DNA of 62,472 bases, filler included, from Candidatus Nanoarchaeia archaeon (GCA_035290625.1; 7 parts of 7 records of this genome joined end to end with filler, not necessarily neighbours in it); one strand, 5' to 3'; counted from the first letter of the whole stretch, positions 38,381-47,365 are shown. A program made the numbers and translations. The notes: generated from the letters alone by a model not told the origin.

Positions 38381-38870
38381 CTGCGAATAGCATGCTCAAA
38401 CGAGGCATGGGAGAAACCTTACGGGGGAAGTCCGTCGGCATGCAGGCAAGGCACTTCTATATGAAGTGCTTTACGCATAATATGTTGGTGAGGGGTTAAG
38501 ATGGAACTTGCAATCGAGCCGGTGAGGCTTTCGGTGATCTTGGTGTAGGGTCATGATAAGCATTGATGGCGCCGGGGGTGGCAGTGCTGCGGTCTTTTGC
38601 CTGATGGCAAAGCCCTATTCGGCATCCCGAAGGGAGTATCCCCTGCCTCATAGCACGCCACCACGGCGCTGGACAAACTGGGGGTTGTCCCTTACGGGGT
38701 GGTTTGTAGGGCATGCGGACAGCATGGCCGTCCAGCCGCCAAAGTGGTGGTCTACCTGATAAGGCCATCCATACCTGGTCAGTATCGGTAAAAGCATCAG
38801 TTCTTGGCTGTATTGACGCTTCTGCAAAAAACTGCGGTCGGAGGTGTTTGAAGCCTCAAAACCAAAAGCC
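38381..38870. other. GC-rich, highly structured non-coding region related to the repeat family
   Basis: Apical motif on both strands (38621-38647 minus, 38673-38707 plus); nested helices; ends in CCAAAAGCC like the R1 TIR. Confidence 0.55.
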
Positions 38871-38919
38871 TTATATAATATAATATATCACAATATAAGA
38901 TATAATATGATACCGAACC

Positions 38920-39078
38920 ATGGCTGAGGCACCCGAGCAATTCCTGAGGACTGTACGGAGATCCGGCACCTCGCTTGCAGTCCATATACCTCCGGAAGTG
39001 GCCAGCCTGATGGAGATCAGGGAAGGCGATATGGTGAGGGTTGTCCTGGAGCCTATCAAGAAGAGGAGAAAAGGATGA
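38920..39078 (+). CDS. AbrB/MazE/SpoVT-type DNA-binding protein (52 aa, not in the ORF track)
   Basis: RTVRRSGTSLAVHIPPEV...IREGDMVRV; ATGA overlap with the next gene. Confidence 0.85.
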   Translation: MAEAPEQFLRTVRRSGTSLAVHIPPEVASLMEIREGDMVRVVLEPIKKRRKG

Positions 39079-39680
39079 AGCATTACCTCTCCCACCTCAG
39101 GCAGAAGAAGCCCATTGATGTTAAGAAAAGCTTTGTTGAGATCCAGACCGAGCTTGACAGGATATCTCCCTTAAGCTCCATCATTGGGGATATTGAGACT
39201 TCCTTAGGCAAGGAAAATAAGGATCTGAGGCACCTGAAGATGAAGGTCCTTTTGTCAGAGATGAAGGGAAAGGAAGAGATCAGGAACAGGCTTTGCCTGC
39301 TTACCCACCACCTGGGCTTATTGAGGAAGAGCCTGCTGATCAACGACAGGGATAAGCTGCTGGGCTCGATCGCCATGTTCACAAAGAATCCCTATGCAAG
39401 ATTGTCAGGGGTTATTCAGGATGTCGCAAGCCTGGAGAAGCTTATAAAGGAGTTTGACCACAATTACGAAACCTATGTCAGGCAGAATGCAACAAGCCTG
39501 GACCATCGCCTTCATCTGGAGAAAGGCTATGGCGAGGCGATGGAGCAATTGCAGGCCTGTTTGCAGGGAAAGAAGGTTGTTGCCGCATCGCTGGGAAGGA
39601 TGTTTGTTGACTTAGGCAGATCCCTCATCAGAAAAGATAATGACTTGGAGAATCAGCACACGAGGAGGCATCTTCCTTAA
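39075..39680 (+). CDS. Hypothetical helical protein
   Basis: 201-aa ORF translationally coupled to the AbrB gene. Confidence 0.65.
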   Translation: MKHYLSHLRQKKPIDVKKSFVEIQTELDRISPLSSIIGDIETSLGKENKDLRHLKMKVLLSEMKGKEEIRNRLCLLTHHLGLLRKSLLINDRDKLLGSIAMFTKNPYARLSGVIQDVASLEKLIKEFDHNYETYVRQNATSLDHRLHLEKGYGEAMEQLQACLQGKKVVAASLGRMFVDLGRSLIRKDNDLENQHTRRHLP

Positions 39681-39722
39681 GGCCGCATTGAAATAAATGT
39701 TAAATATCGAGAACAAAAGACG

Positions 39723-39866
39723 TGCTCAGTAGAAAGTCAATCGGCATCAAGCTCGCTTGTGATTGCATCTGCGATTGCTGACATCCCCGAAGGGGCCTAC
39801 CCCTGTCAGCAGTGGTTATGACTGCGAAGAAGCTCGCAGAAAGGATGCCGGACTTTCTACTGAGCC
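39723..39866 (-). mobile_element. Structured MITE-like repeat R9
   Basis: TIR (T)GCTCAGTAGAAAGTC/GACTTTCTACTGAGCC; flanks CAAAAGACG/CAAAAGAGG (8/9); full core. Confidence 0.85.
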
Positions 39867-39933
39867 CAAAAGAGGGACAGATTAATAAATGAGCGCCCCC
39901 CAACAAAGTCCGGGTATTCACTGAACCTATAAA

Positions 39934-42900
39934 ATGTACGACGCAAAAAAAATAGAGGCTGAGCAGCGGAGATACTGGAAACGCATCAATCTTCTCGAGA
40001 AGCTGAATGCCAAGAACCGCAAGGGAGAGCGCTATTTTCTCCTGGATGGCCCTCCTTACGCAAATTTCATCCCTCATGTCGGCCACATCAGGAACACCGT
40101 CTATAAGGATATCCTCATCCGGTGGAATTTCATGAAAGGGAAGAGTGTCTTCTTCCAGCCTGGCTTTGACACCCACGGGCTTCCTGTCGAGAACATGGTT
40201 GAAAAGGAGCTGAAGCTGGGCTCAAAAAAAGATATTGAGAAGATGGGCATCGCCAAGTTTACAACTGCCTGCAGAAAGCTTGCCACAAAGAATAAGGAGG
40301 TCTGGCTTGATGTGTATGATGCGCTCGGCAGCTGGTACGCATGGAAGGAGCCTTACCTCACCTATGATCAAAGCTATGTTGAGGCAGGATGGTGGACCTT
40401 GAAGCAGTTCCATGAGCGCGGCTTGTTGTATGAAGGCCTTTCTCCTGTCTTCTGGTGCCCGCATTGTGAAACCAGCCTTGCCGGGTATGAGGTTACTGAT
40501 TCCTATAAGATGGTCACTGACCCTTGCCTCTACGTGAAGTTCAAGCTCAAAACAAAGGATGAATTCCTTCTCGTCTACACGACAACCCCATGGACGCTTG
40601 TCGGAAATGTGGCAATCGCAGTGCATCCGGAAAAGGCCTATGCAAAGGTTGAAACAGCGCAAGGGATCCTGATCCTTGCAGAGCAGAGGCTCAAGACCCT
40701 CGATGAGCTCGGCATTGCGTATGCCAAAAAGGAGGTCTTGGATGGAAAAGATCTTGCAGGCATGGCCTATGAGCCGTTGCTTGATGTTGAGCAGCAGGCC
40801 GAGGTGGCGCAGCACAAGAAGAGCCACAGCATCGTCCTCTCCATCCCTATCATGAAAGGAAGGGTAGCCTCAAAGGTTGGCATGAAGCTCGGGATTGAGT
40901 CCGGCCAGCAGTTTGAGGATTTTGTAAGCATGGAGGAAGGGACAGGCCTTGTCCATGTTGCCCCAGGCCATGGAAAGACAGACTCCATCATAGGAAAACA
41001 CTACGGCCTTGTTGCTGTCTCTCCGCTCGATGATTCCTGCAGGTTCAGCCAGAAGGCAGGCAGGTTTGCCGGAATCTTTGTCAAGGATGCTGACAAGGAC
41101 ATTGCTGCTGAGCTGGAGAAAGACAATAAGCTGCTGCATGCAGGAAAGGTGCAGCATAAGTATCCCCTGTGCTGGAGATGCAAGTCTCCCCTCATCTTTA
41201 GGCTGAGCTCCCAATGGTTTGTTGCTGTGGAAAATCTGAAAGAGAAGATGCTCAAGGAGAACGAGAGAGTGGTATGGCAGCCTGGATTTGCCAAGGAGCG
41301 GTTTGATGCATGGGTCATGGATGCAGAAGACTGGAATATCAGCAGGCAGCGCTACTGGGGCATTCCCATGCCGATATGGAGATGCTCAGCATGCAATAAT
41401 CTCAGGGTCATTGAGTCTCTGAAGGAGCTGAAGCAGCACGCTGTTGGAAAGATTCCCAAGGAGTTTGATCTCCATAATGCTGCAGAGGTTGAGCTGCGAT
41501 GCTCGTGCAAATTACCCATGCAGAAGGTGAGGGACATTGCAGATGTGTGGTTTGATTCAGGAATCGCTCCCTGGGCAAGCCTTGGCTACCCATTCAGGAA
41601 TAAGCAGAGGTTCGAGCAGTTTTTCCCTGTTTCAAGGATCAATGAGTCCCAGGACCAGATTAGAGGGTGGTTCTACTCCCTGATGTTCTGCAGTGTTGCA
41701 GTGCATGGGAAATCTCCCTACAAGTCAGTCTCCATGCCAGGCTGGACTGTTGACGAGGTTGGAGAAAAAATGTCCAAATCCCTGGGAAACGTAATCCTTG
41801 CATCAGACGCCCTCAACGATCTTGGCGCAGATGTGCTGCGCTTTTACATGATGTGGGATGCTCCCTATGAGATCCAGAAATTCAACAAGGAGCTTGCCAA
41901 AAAAGAGGTCGGCCGGATGTTCGGCATCCTCTGGAACATTCATACCTATCTGGCAAGCCAGGCAAGAAAGATAAAGGAGGTTCCGGTTGCGGAAATTGAG
42001 GACCAGTGGATACTTTCAAGGCTCAACACAACCATTGAGGTCTTTGTCAAGGGCATTGAGGCATTTGAGTTCCAGGCAGGCAAGGCTCTTGCAGGCTTTA
42101 TCGTTCAGGACGTCAGCAGGGGATATATCCAGCTCATCCGCGACCGCGTAGACGACGGAGATGAGGCTCCCTTGTTTGTGCTGTACACCATTCTTCTTAA
42201 CCTCGTGAAACTGCTTGCTCCGGTTGCGCCATTTATTGCTGAGAAGATATATAGAGAGCTGGGAAAGGCAAATGGCCTGCTGGACTCTGTGCATCTTGAG
42301 AGGATCCCAGGATCAGGCCATCGTGCTCCTGATCTGGAGAAAGACATGGAGCTTGTGTTCGAGCTGATACAGGCTCTCCTGAATGTCCGGGAAAAGGTGG
42401 GCTACGGGGTGAGATGGCCGTTGAAAGAAGCAATCATAATCACACCTGAGATGCGCGTGCATGAGATTGTCAAGAAGTATGAGAAGATCATCAGGAAACA
42501 GACAAACATGAAGGAGATCTCGGTAAAGGAGCATCTTGCTGGGCTGAAAACCAGGGTGAGGATTGACTATAAGAAGCTCGGGCCTGATTATGGGGTCCTG
42601 CTGCCGAAGATCATATCAAGGCTCTCCACAGAGTCTGCTGATGCTGTGCTTTCGCACATCGAAAAAGACGGCAAGCACGAGTTGCTGATTGATGGGAAGA
42701 AGGTCAGCATCGTCAGAGAACACTTAATTGTGGACAAGGAAATCCCCATTCACCTGAAGGAAGGCCCCTTTGGGAGAGGCTCGGTGTATGTCCACCGTGA
42801 GCTTGACAATGAGCTGATGGCTGAAGGCTTTTCCCGCGAGATTGCGCGAAGGGTCCAGCAGATGAGGAAGCAGCAAGGCTTGAAGAAGTCAGACAGGATC

Positions 42901-43077
42901 AAAGTTCATATTCAGGTTGACCGTGATCTCGCGAAGCTGCTCGAGCCCTGGACAAGCCATATCAGGGAAAAGGTCGGCGCTTCTGAGCTTGCCATCGCTC
43001 CTGAAGCAAAGGAGCTGGGCATCTCTGAGAAGGAGAGCATCAAGGGAAGGGATATTGTGTTTTCTATGGAGAGATGA
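39934..43077 (+). CDS. ileS: Isoleucine--tRNA ligase
   Basis: DGPPYAN..PHVGH, TTTPWTL, WNISRQRYWG, DQIRGWFYSL, KMSKS. Confidence 0.97.
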   Translation: MYDAKKIEAEQRRYWKRINLLEKLNAKNRKGERYFLLDGPPYANFIPHVGHIRNTVYKDILIRWNFMKGKSVFFQPGFDTHGLPVENMVEKELKLGSKKDIEKMGIAKFTTACRKLATKNKEVWLDVYDALGSWYAWKEPYLTYDQSYVEAGWWTLKQFHERGLLYEGLSPVFWCPHCETSLAGYEVTDSYKMVTDPCLYVKFKLKTKDEFLLVYTTTPWTLVGNVAIAVHPEKAYAKVETAQGILILAEQRLKTLDELGIAYAKKEVLDGKDLAGMAYEPLLDVEQQAEVAQHKKSHSIVLSIPIMKGRVASKVGMKLGIESGQQFEDFVSMEEGTGLVHVAPGHGKTDSIIGKHYGLVAVSPLDDSCRFSQKAGRFAGIFVKDADKDIAAELEKDNKLLHAGKVQHKYPLCWRCKSPLIFRLSSQWFVAVENLKEKMLKENERVVWQPGFAKERFDAWVMDAEDWNISRQRYWGIPMPIWRCSACNNLRVIESLKELKQHAVGKIPKEFDLHNAAEVELRCSCKLPMQKVRDIADVWFDSGIAPWASLGYPFRNKQRFEQFFPVSRINESQDQIRGWFYSLMFCSVAVHGKSPYKSVSMPGWTVDEVGEKMSKSLGNVILASDALNDLGADVLRFYMMWDAPYEIQKFNKELAKKEVGRMFGILWNIHTYLASQARKIKEVPVAEIEDQWILSRLNTTIEVFVKGIEAFEFQAGKALAGFIVQDVSRGYIQLIRDRVDDGDEAPLFVLYTILLNLVKLLAPVAPFIAEKIYRELGKANGLLDSVHLERIPGSGHRAPDLEKDMELVFELIQALLNVREKVGYGVRWPLKEAIIITPEMRVHEIVKKYEKIIRKQTNMKEISVKEHLAGLKTRVRIDYKKLGPDYGVLLPKIISRLSTESADAVLSHIEKDGKHELLIDGKKVSIVREHLIVDKEIPIHLKEGPFGRGSVYVHRELDNELMAEGFSREIARRVQQMRKQQGLKKSDRIKVHIQVDRDLAKLLEPWTSHIREKVGASELAIAPEAKELGISEKESIKGRDIVFSMER

Positions 43078-43138
43078 CCCCACCAGGCTGCGCTGCGACG
43101 AATTAGTTTTATAAAAAGAAGGGGATTTCTCATCCATT

Positions 43139-43717
43139 ATGTACTTATTTACCAGGCAATTCTTAGAGGATTACGCAGGCGTAGGATCTCCGCTCCCTTC
43201 GTCAAAATATGTTGCAGATCTCATCCTTAGGCAGGTTGACTTTTCACAGCTCGAGAGTATTGTGGAGTTCGGCCCCGGCACAGGCGCCTTTACAGAAGGG
43301 ATTCTTGAGAGGATGGATGTCAATACTCTTTTTTTCTGCATCGAGAAAAATAAGGAGTTTTACGGAATGCTGGTAAGGAAGTATCCTTGCATCCCTGTCT
43401 ACAACGACTCAGCAGATCAAATAGGCTCCTACCTCGGTCGTTTTGGCCTCACAGGAGTTGATGCCATTATCTCTTCCCTCCCCTGGTCAAATTTTGAGGA
43501 GAGCCTCCAGGCCAGGATCCTGAAAGAAACATCTGATTCTCTCAACCCTGGCGGCAGATTTATTACCATTGCATATAAGCCCTGGCACATGCTTCGTAAG
43601 GGAAGGAGGTTCTCAAAGCTGCTCCACGAGTATTTCAGCGATGTCAAAGAGACAAGGACTGTCTGGCTCAATGTATTCCCAACATTTGCGTATGTTTGCG
43701 GCAAGGACGAAGAATGA
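43139..43717 (+). CDS. Class I SAM methyltransferase (phospholipid N-methyltransferase-like)
   Basis: GSPLPSS, VEFGPGTGAFT, IISSLPW, VWLNVFP. Confidence 0.85.
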   Translation: MYLFTRQFLEDYAGVGSPLPSSKYVADLILRQVDFSQLESIVEFGPGTGAFTEGILERMDVNTLFFCIEKNKEFYGMLVRKYPCIPVYNDSADQIGSYLGRFGLTGVDAIISSLPWSNFEESLQARILKETSDSLNPGGRFITIAYKPWHMLRKGRRFSKLLHEYFSDVKETRTVWLNVFPTFAYVCGKDEE

Positions 43718-43719
43718 TA

Positions 43720-43883
43720 GGCTGCGTTCAACATCTCGCACAGCTCGGGTGAGCGCCAGGTTCGCCACGCGCATATAGTCTAGCAGAGCGACATATCCCC
43801 GAATGGGACAACCCCCTTGTCGCTGGGGTGTTCTTTGTTTAGTGGCTCACAAAGGGGCGCTCACCTTCATTTCGAACGCAGCC
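43720..43883 (-). mobile_element. Structured MITE-like repeat R10
   Basis: TIR GGCTGCGTTC/GAACGCAGCC; helix GGTGAGCGCC/GGCGCTCACC; flanks AAGAATGATA/AAGAAACATA (8/10). Confidence 0.82.
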
Positions 43884-43927
43884 AAGAAACATAAAAAATA
43901 TAAATACACGAAAAAGCGCCTTAGGGT

Positions 43928-44398
43928 ATGGCAAAGGAATCAACCATAAAGCTTATTGGCATAGTTCTGATAGGAGTCTCAGTGCTGCTTGTCGTCTTAT
44001 TATCCCTGATCAAAGCCAATCTGGACGAGCAGTCTGCATTCCTCTGTTCCGTGGTGAGCTCAAGCAGCATGGACATGAGCAGCTGCCCGGTGCATAAGAG
44101 CAACACCTCCTGGCTGCTGATCGTTGCATTCAGCCTGAGTTTTCTCAGTCTTGCAGCAGGAGCATTCCTTTTGCTCAAGCCGCTGGCAGAGCGCAAAGCC
44201 TTTCCAAAGCTTGATGAGCAGGAAAAGCAGGTGTACGACCTCCTGAAGAGCCATCAAGGATCTCTCTACCAATCCGACATCCTCAAGGAGACCCAGCTCT
44301 CCAAGGTCAAGCTCACCCGGCTTCTTGACAGGATGGAACAAAAAGAGGTTCTTGAGCGGAAGCGCAGAGGCATGACCAACATCATCGTGCTGAGATGA
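43928..44398 (+). CDS. Membrane-bound winged-helix (MarR-like) regulator
   Basis: Two TMs around C...CPVH; C-terminal YQSDI...LSKVKLTRLLDRME...ERKRRGMTN. Confidence 0.85.
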   Translation: MAKESTIKLIGIVLIGVSVLLVVLLSLIKANLDEQSAFLCSVVSSSSMDMSSCPVHKSNTSWLLIVAFSLSFLSLAAGAFLLLKPLAERKAFPKLDEQEKQVYDLLKSHQGSLYQSDILKETQLSKVKLTRLLDRMEQKEVLERKRRGMTNIIVLR

Positions 44399-44411
44399 AA
44401 CTAGTTTCATC
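44394..44411. promoter_or_regulatory. Perfect 18-bp palindrome (putative operator)
   Basis: GATGAAACTAGTTTCATC upstream of the metal cluster. Confidence 0.5.
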
Positions 44412-44450
44412 ATTAGTTAGATAAGGTGTTTCAGTCTCTTCCTAAGCAAG

Positions 44451-44668
44451 GGCTCTGTCCTGAATGAAGGTTGCCGCCAATTTCGCGAGGCTCAATAAGC
44501 AAATATCATCACAAGCGGAGGGAGTTGCCCCAATCAAAACGCCATCGGGCGTTTTGGTGTGCCAAAAGAGCGTAGCTCTTTTTAGCACCTACGGGCGAGG
44601 TGCCGCTCTTAGCTGAAAACTGCAAGAGCCGAGCTCGCGGCAACCCGGGAGAGATTCAGGACAGAGCC
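44451..44668 (+). mobile_element. Structured MITE-like repeat R11, carrying a 57-nt insert at 44532-44588
   Basis: Perfect 15-bp TIR GGCTCTGTCCTGAAT/ATTCAGGACAGAGCC; sibling of R8 and R12. Confidence 0.85.
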
Positions 44669-44683
44669 ATAAGGGTGATACTT

Positions 44684-45151
44684 ATGAAACGATTTATGAC
44701 GGGATTCGTGGTGTTTATCGCAGCTGCGTTGCTGCTGGCAGGCTGCAGCAATGCGGGGTATACTGTAGCAAGCCAGTCCAAGAGCCAAAGCCAGTTTAAG
44801 ATAGTCATGTCAGAGCAGTGCGGCTGCTGCGGCCTGTATTCGAAATACATGAAGAAACACTTTGATGTCGCCGTAACCTCAGTAGATGATATATCCCAGG
44901 TAAAGGATGAATATGGAGTTCCAGATCAGATGAGGAGCTGCCATACGGGAATTATTGACGGCTATTTTGTGGAAGGCCATGTTCCTTATGAAGCTGTTGA
45001 AAAGCTCATTGCAGAAAAGCCTGAAATTGCAGGGATAGCCCTGCCGGGGATGCCGTCAGGAGCGCCAGGGATGCCAGGATCCAAAAGAGAGCCCTTTGTT
45101 GTCTATGCGATCCATAAAGACGGCTCCACGACAGAGTTTATGAGGATCTGA
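44684..45151 (+). CDS. DUF411/CopG-type metal-binding lipoprotein
   Basis: Lipobox LAGC, CGCC, SCHT, VEGHVP, ALPGMPSGAPGM. Confidence 0.92.
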   Translation: MKRFMTGFVVFIAAALLLAGCSNAGYTVASQSKSQSQFKIVMSEQCGCCGLYSKYMKKHFDVAVTSVDDISQVKDEYGVPDQMRSCHTGIIDGYFVEGHVPYEAVEKLIAEKPEIAGIALPGMPSGAPGMPGSKREPFVVYAIHKDGSTTEFMRI

Positions 45152-45152
45152 G

Positions 45153-45677
45153 ATGGGCTTTCGCAAGAGCCTTGTCCTGCTCCCCAGCCTTGCCCTCTTG
45201 GCCAAGAGTATCCATGCGCACTGCCCCTTATGCACAGTAGGGGCAGCTGCGGCAGCAGGGGGAGCTGCCTATATGGGCGTCAGCACATCAGTCGTAGGCC
45301 TGTTCATAGGAGCATTTGGGGTTTCCACAGGGTGGTGGGTTTCGAATCTTCTTAAAAAAAAGTTTATTCCATTCCAGAAGATTGTGCTAATCCTTGTTTC
45401 ATACATTGCAACAGTGCTGCCAATCCTTCCCCTGATGCCTGGCTTTTATCCACTGCTTATTTCTTTTTCTGGTGATTACGGCTCCTTGCTGAACAGGACG
45501 TATCTCATAAATCTCTTCTTTGCTGGAAGCCTCTTGGGCGGAGCTATTGTTTGCATCACGCCCTTGCTGAGCAGGAGGATTGCTGCATGGCGCGGCAGGA
45601 TGCTTCCTTTCCAAGGGATTGCGCTTACCCTGCTGCTCCTTGTGATAGCAGCCCTGGTTTTGGGAGTGGTAAGCTGA
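45153..45677 (+). CDS. Membrane protein with HCPLC motif
   Basis: AHCPLCT followed by several TMs. Confidence 0.75.
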   Translation: MGFRKSLVLLPSLALLAKSIHAHCPLCTVGAAAAAGGAAYMGVSTSVVGLFIGAFGVSTGWWVSNLLKKKFIPFQKIVLILVSYIATVLPILPLMPGFYPLLISFSGDYGSLLNRTYLINLFFAGSLLGGAIVCITPLLSRRIAAWRGRMLPFQGIALTLLLLVIAALVLGVVS

Positions 45678-46186
45678 TGGCGCAGGACGAAGTACAGCAA
45701 TGGCTCACCAAAGCCCAGGAGGTAAGGAAAGGCCAGCTTGATCTCTCAAAGGATGAAGACCTCAGCATCGCACTGATGAACCTCATAAGCCTTGAGGAGC
45801 ACTTCTATTTCACAGCCATGAAGACCAGCAACCAGAAATATATTGACATGCTCCAGTCAGTTCGTGAGCTGCGCATCAGGCTTCTCAAGAAGATGGTCAC
45901 AAAGCCTGAAGGCGAGGAATGGTGCATCAGCAAGCACCTGCTCGCAGCAAGCATGCGCCTGATCGAGGTCGGCACCAAAGAGCTTTCCAAGGACAGGAAG
46001 GAGGCTGAGTCGTACTTCGCATCAGCCTTTGATCTTTACTCCCTCTTCTTCGCAATCAACCTCAAGATGATTGGGGTCCAGAAGCTTGAGGATTCCAAAA
46101 AGCCCGAGGAGCGGGGCTCAAACCGCATGATGAGGGGATTCTCGGCAATGGTAAAGAAGATTGTCGACTGCTGCAAGGAGTGGTAA
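45677..46186 (+). CDS. Hypothetical helical protein with metal-ligand motifs
   Basis: MNLISLEEH, WCISKHLL, C-terminal DCCKE; TGATG overlap. Confidence 0.75.
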   Translation: MAQDEVQQWLTKAQEVRKGQLDLSKDEDLSIALMNLISLEEHFYFTAMKTSNQKYIDMLQSVRELRIRLLKKMVTKPEGEEWCISKHLLAASMRLIEVGTKELSKDRKEAESYFASAFDLYSLFFAINLKMIGVQKLEDSKKPEERGSNRMMRGFSAMVKKIVDCCKEW

Positions 46187-46195
46187 AGGATCATA

Positions 46196-46313
46196 CGGGC
46201 TGCCGCCAATTTTGCGAGGCTCAATAAGCAAAGATCATCACAAGCGGAGGGGGATGCCCCATCAGGGGTGGTGCCGCTCTTCGCTGAAGACGTGAAGAGC
46301 CGGCGGCAGCCTG
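46196..46313 (+). repeat. Structured repeat R12 (core only)
   Basis: GGCTGCCGCC/GGCGGCAGCC; TTTGCGAGG; AGCGG-AGGGGGATG-CCCCATCAGGGG-TGGTG-CCGCT. Confidence 0.8.
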
Positions 46314-46358
46314 AATTCCAGATTCATAAGCTTTAAATACCGAGCATGATTCAACATT

Positions 46359-46380
46359 CATATGATTTGCAAGTCATATG
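46359..46380. promoter_or_regulatory. Palindrome over the ArsR start codon (putative autoregulatory operator)
   Basis: CATATGA-TTTGCAAG-TCATATG downstream of a TTTAAATA box. Confidence 0.45.
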
Positions 46381-46685
46381 AAACATTTTTCCGGACTCTT
46401 GCTGACAAGAGCAAGCTTGAGATCATCAATCTGCTCAGCAAGGGGCCGAAGAGAGTGAATGAGCTCAGCCAGGGGCTTGGCTTCGAGCAGAGCAGGGTCA
46501 GCCATAACCTCAAGGCGCTGCGCGAGCGTGGATTTGTGAGCGTTAAACGCCAGGGCAAGGCGATGGTCTACTCGCTGGACAAGAGGTATATTGTCCCGAT
46601 CCTCAAATTGATTGACAAGCACGTGGATCAGTATTACAGGCACTACTGCAAATGCAGGGGAGTACGATGGAGACAGCAAGCATAA
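46362..46685 (+). CDS. ArsR/SmtB family regulator
   Basis: FRTLAD.SKLEII, EQSRVSHNLK.L, YSL, DKHV. Confidence 0.92.
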   Translation: MICKSYETFFRTLADKSKLEIINLLSKGPKRVNELSQGLGFEQSRVSHNLKALRERGFVSVKRQGKAMVYSLDKRYIVPILKLIDKHVDQYYRHYCKCRGVRWRQQA

Positions 46686-47071
46686 CAACCCGCTATGGTT
46701 ACAGGAAGAAACTGGGGATAGCGTATCAGGCAGCAGTCAAACGTGCTCGTGAAGAGCTGCAGAAGCAGGGCTTCGGTGTTTTGACAGAGATAGATGTCAA
46801 GGAAACATTGAAGAAAAAGCTTGGAGTTGAGTTTGGCAACTACATCATCTTGGGAGCATGCAACCCGCCATTCGCATATGAAGCCCTGAAATCTGAGCAG
46901 GAGATCGGCCTGATGATGCCCTGCAACGTCATTGTGTATGAAAAACAGGGCAAGGTCTATGTTTCTGCAGTGCTGCCGACAGCAGCGATGAGCATGATTG
47001 AGAATCCAAAGCTTATGAAGATAGCTCAGGAAGCTGAGATGAAGCTTAAGGCTGTAGTAGATGGAATATAA
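46667..47071 (+). CDS. DUF302 domain protein
   Basis: GFGVLTEIDV, ILGACNP, IGLMMPCNV. Confidence 0.92.
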   Translation: METASITTRYGYRKKLGIAYQAAVKRAREELQKQGFGVLTEIDVKETLKKKLGVEFGNYIILGACNPPFAYEALKSEQEIGLMMPCNVIVYEKQGKVYVSAVLPTAAMSMIENPKLMKIAQEAEMKLKAVVDGI

Positions 47072-47117
47072 AAGTAAAAATGACAGTCAAACAAAAGGCA
47101 ATGCCTGGAGGTGGCTC

Positions 47118-47282
47118 ATGTTTGGGCTATTTAAGAAAAAGGATCCTGTCTGCGGGATGAAGAAAGAAGAAGGCAAGGGGCTGATGGATGGAGGCAATTG
47201 GTTTTGCTCAGAGTCTTGCAGGAAGGAGTTCAAAGAGCAGGAAAAGGAGCATCACAAAGACATGAAGGGGTGCTGCCATTAG
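47118..47282 (+). CDS. YHS/TRASH domain protein
   Basis: KDPVCGM...FCSESC; C-terminal CCH; GGAGGTG SD. Confidence 0.88.
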   Translation: MFGLFKKKDPVCGMKKEEGKGLMDGGNWFCSESCRKEFKEQEKEHHKDMKGCCH

Positions 47283-47365
47283 AACAGAGGATGCTGAATG
47301 AGATATGAAGGATTGGATATGAAGTGATAGGGAATTTGATATGAAATATAGGTCATGAGAAGGGT

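Noticed and set aside
38381..38870. Region as RNase P RNA or SRP RNA (GGGGGAAGTCC; CCCGAAGGGAG)
   Set aside because: Only partial resemblance. I could not find the matching 3' P4 strand of RNase P or the CAGG...AGCAG loop of SRP helix 8; a covariance search is needed to exclude them fully.
38871..38912. TATAATAT-like repeats upstream of the AbrB gene
   Set aside because: Most simply a promoter with autoregulatory sites; too low in complexity to call an origin or array.
190..46313. Repeat family as a CRISPR array or as riboswitch/T-box leaders (copies precede proS, ileS and pyrB)
   Set aside because: Copies are dispersed rather than tandem, no cas genes are present, orientation relative to neighbours varies, and most lie upstream of the neighbour's TATA box and so outside its transcript.
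47302..47345. Three GATATGAA direct repeats between the YHS and MerC-like genes
   Set aside because: Short, irregularly spaced and AT-rich; insufficient evidence of function.
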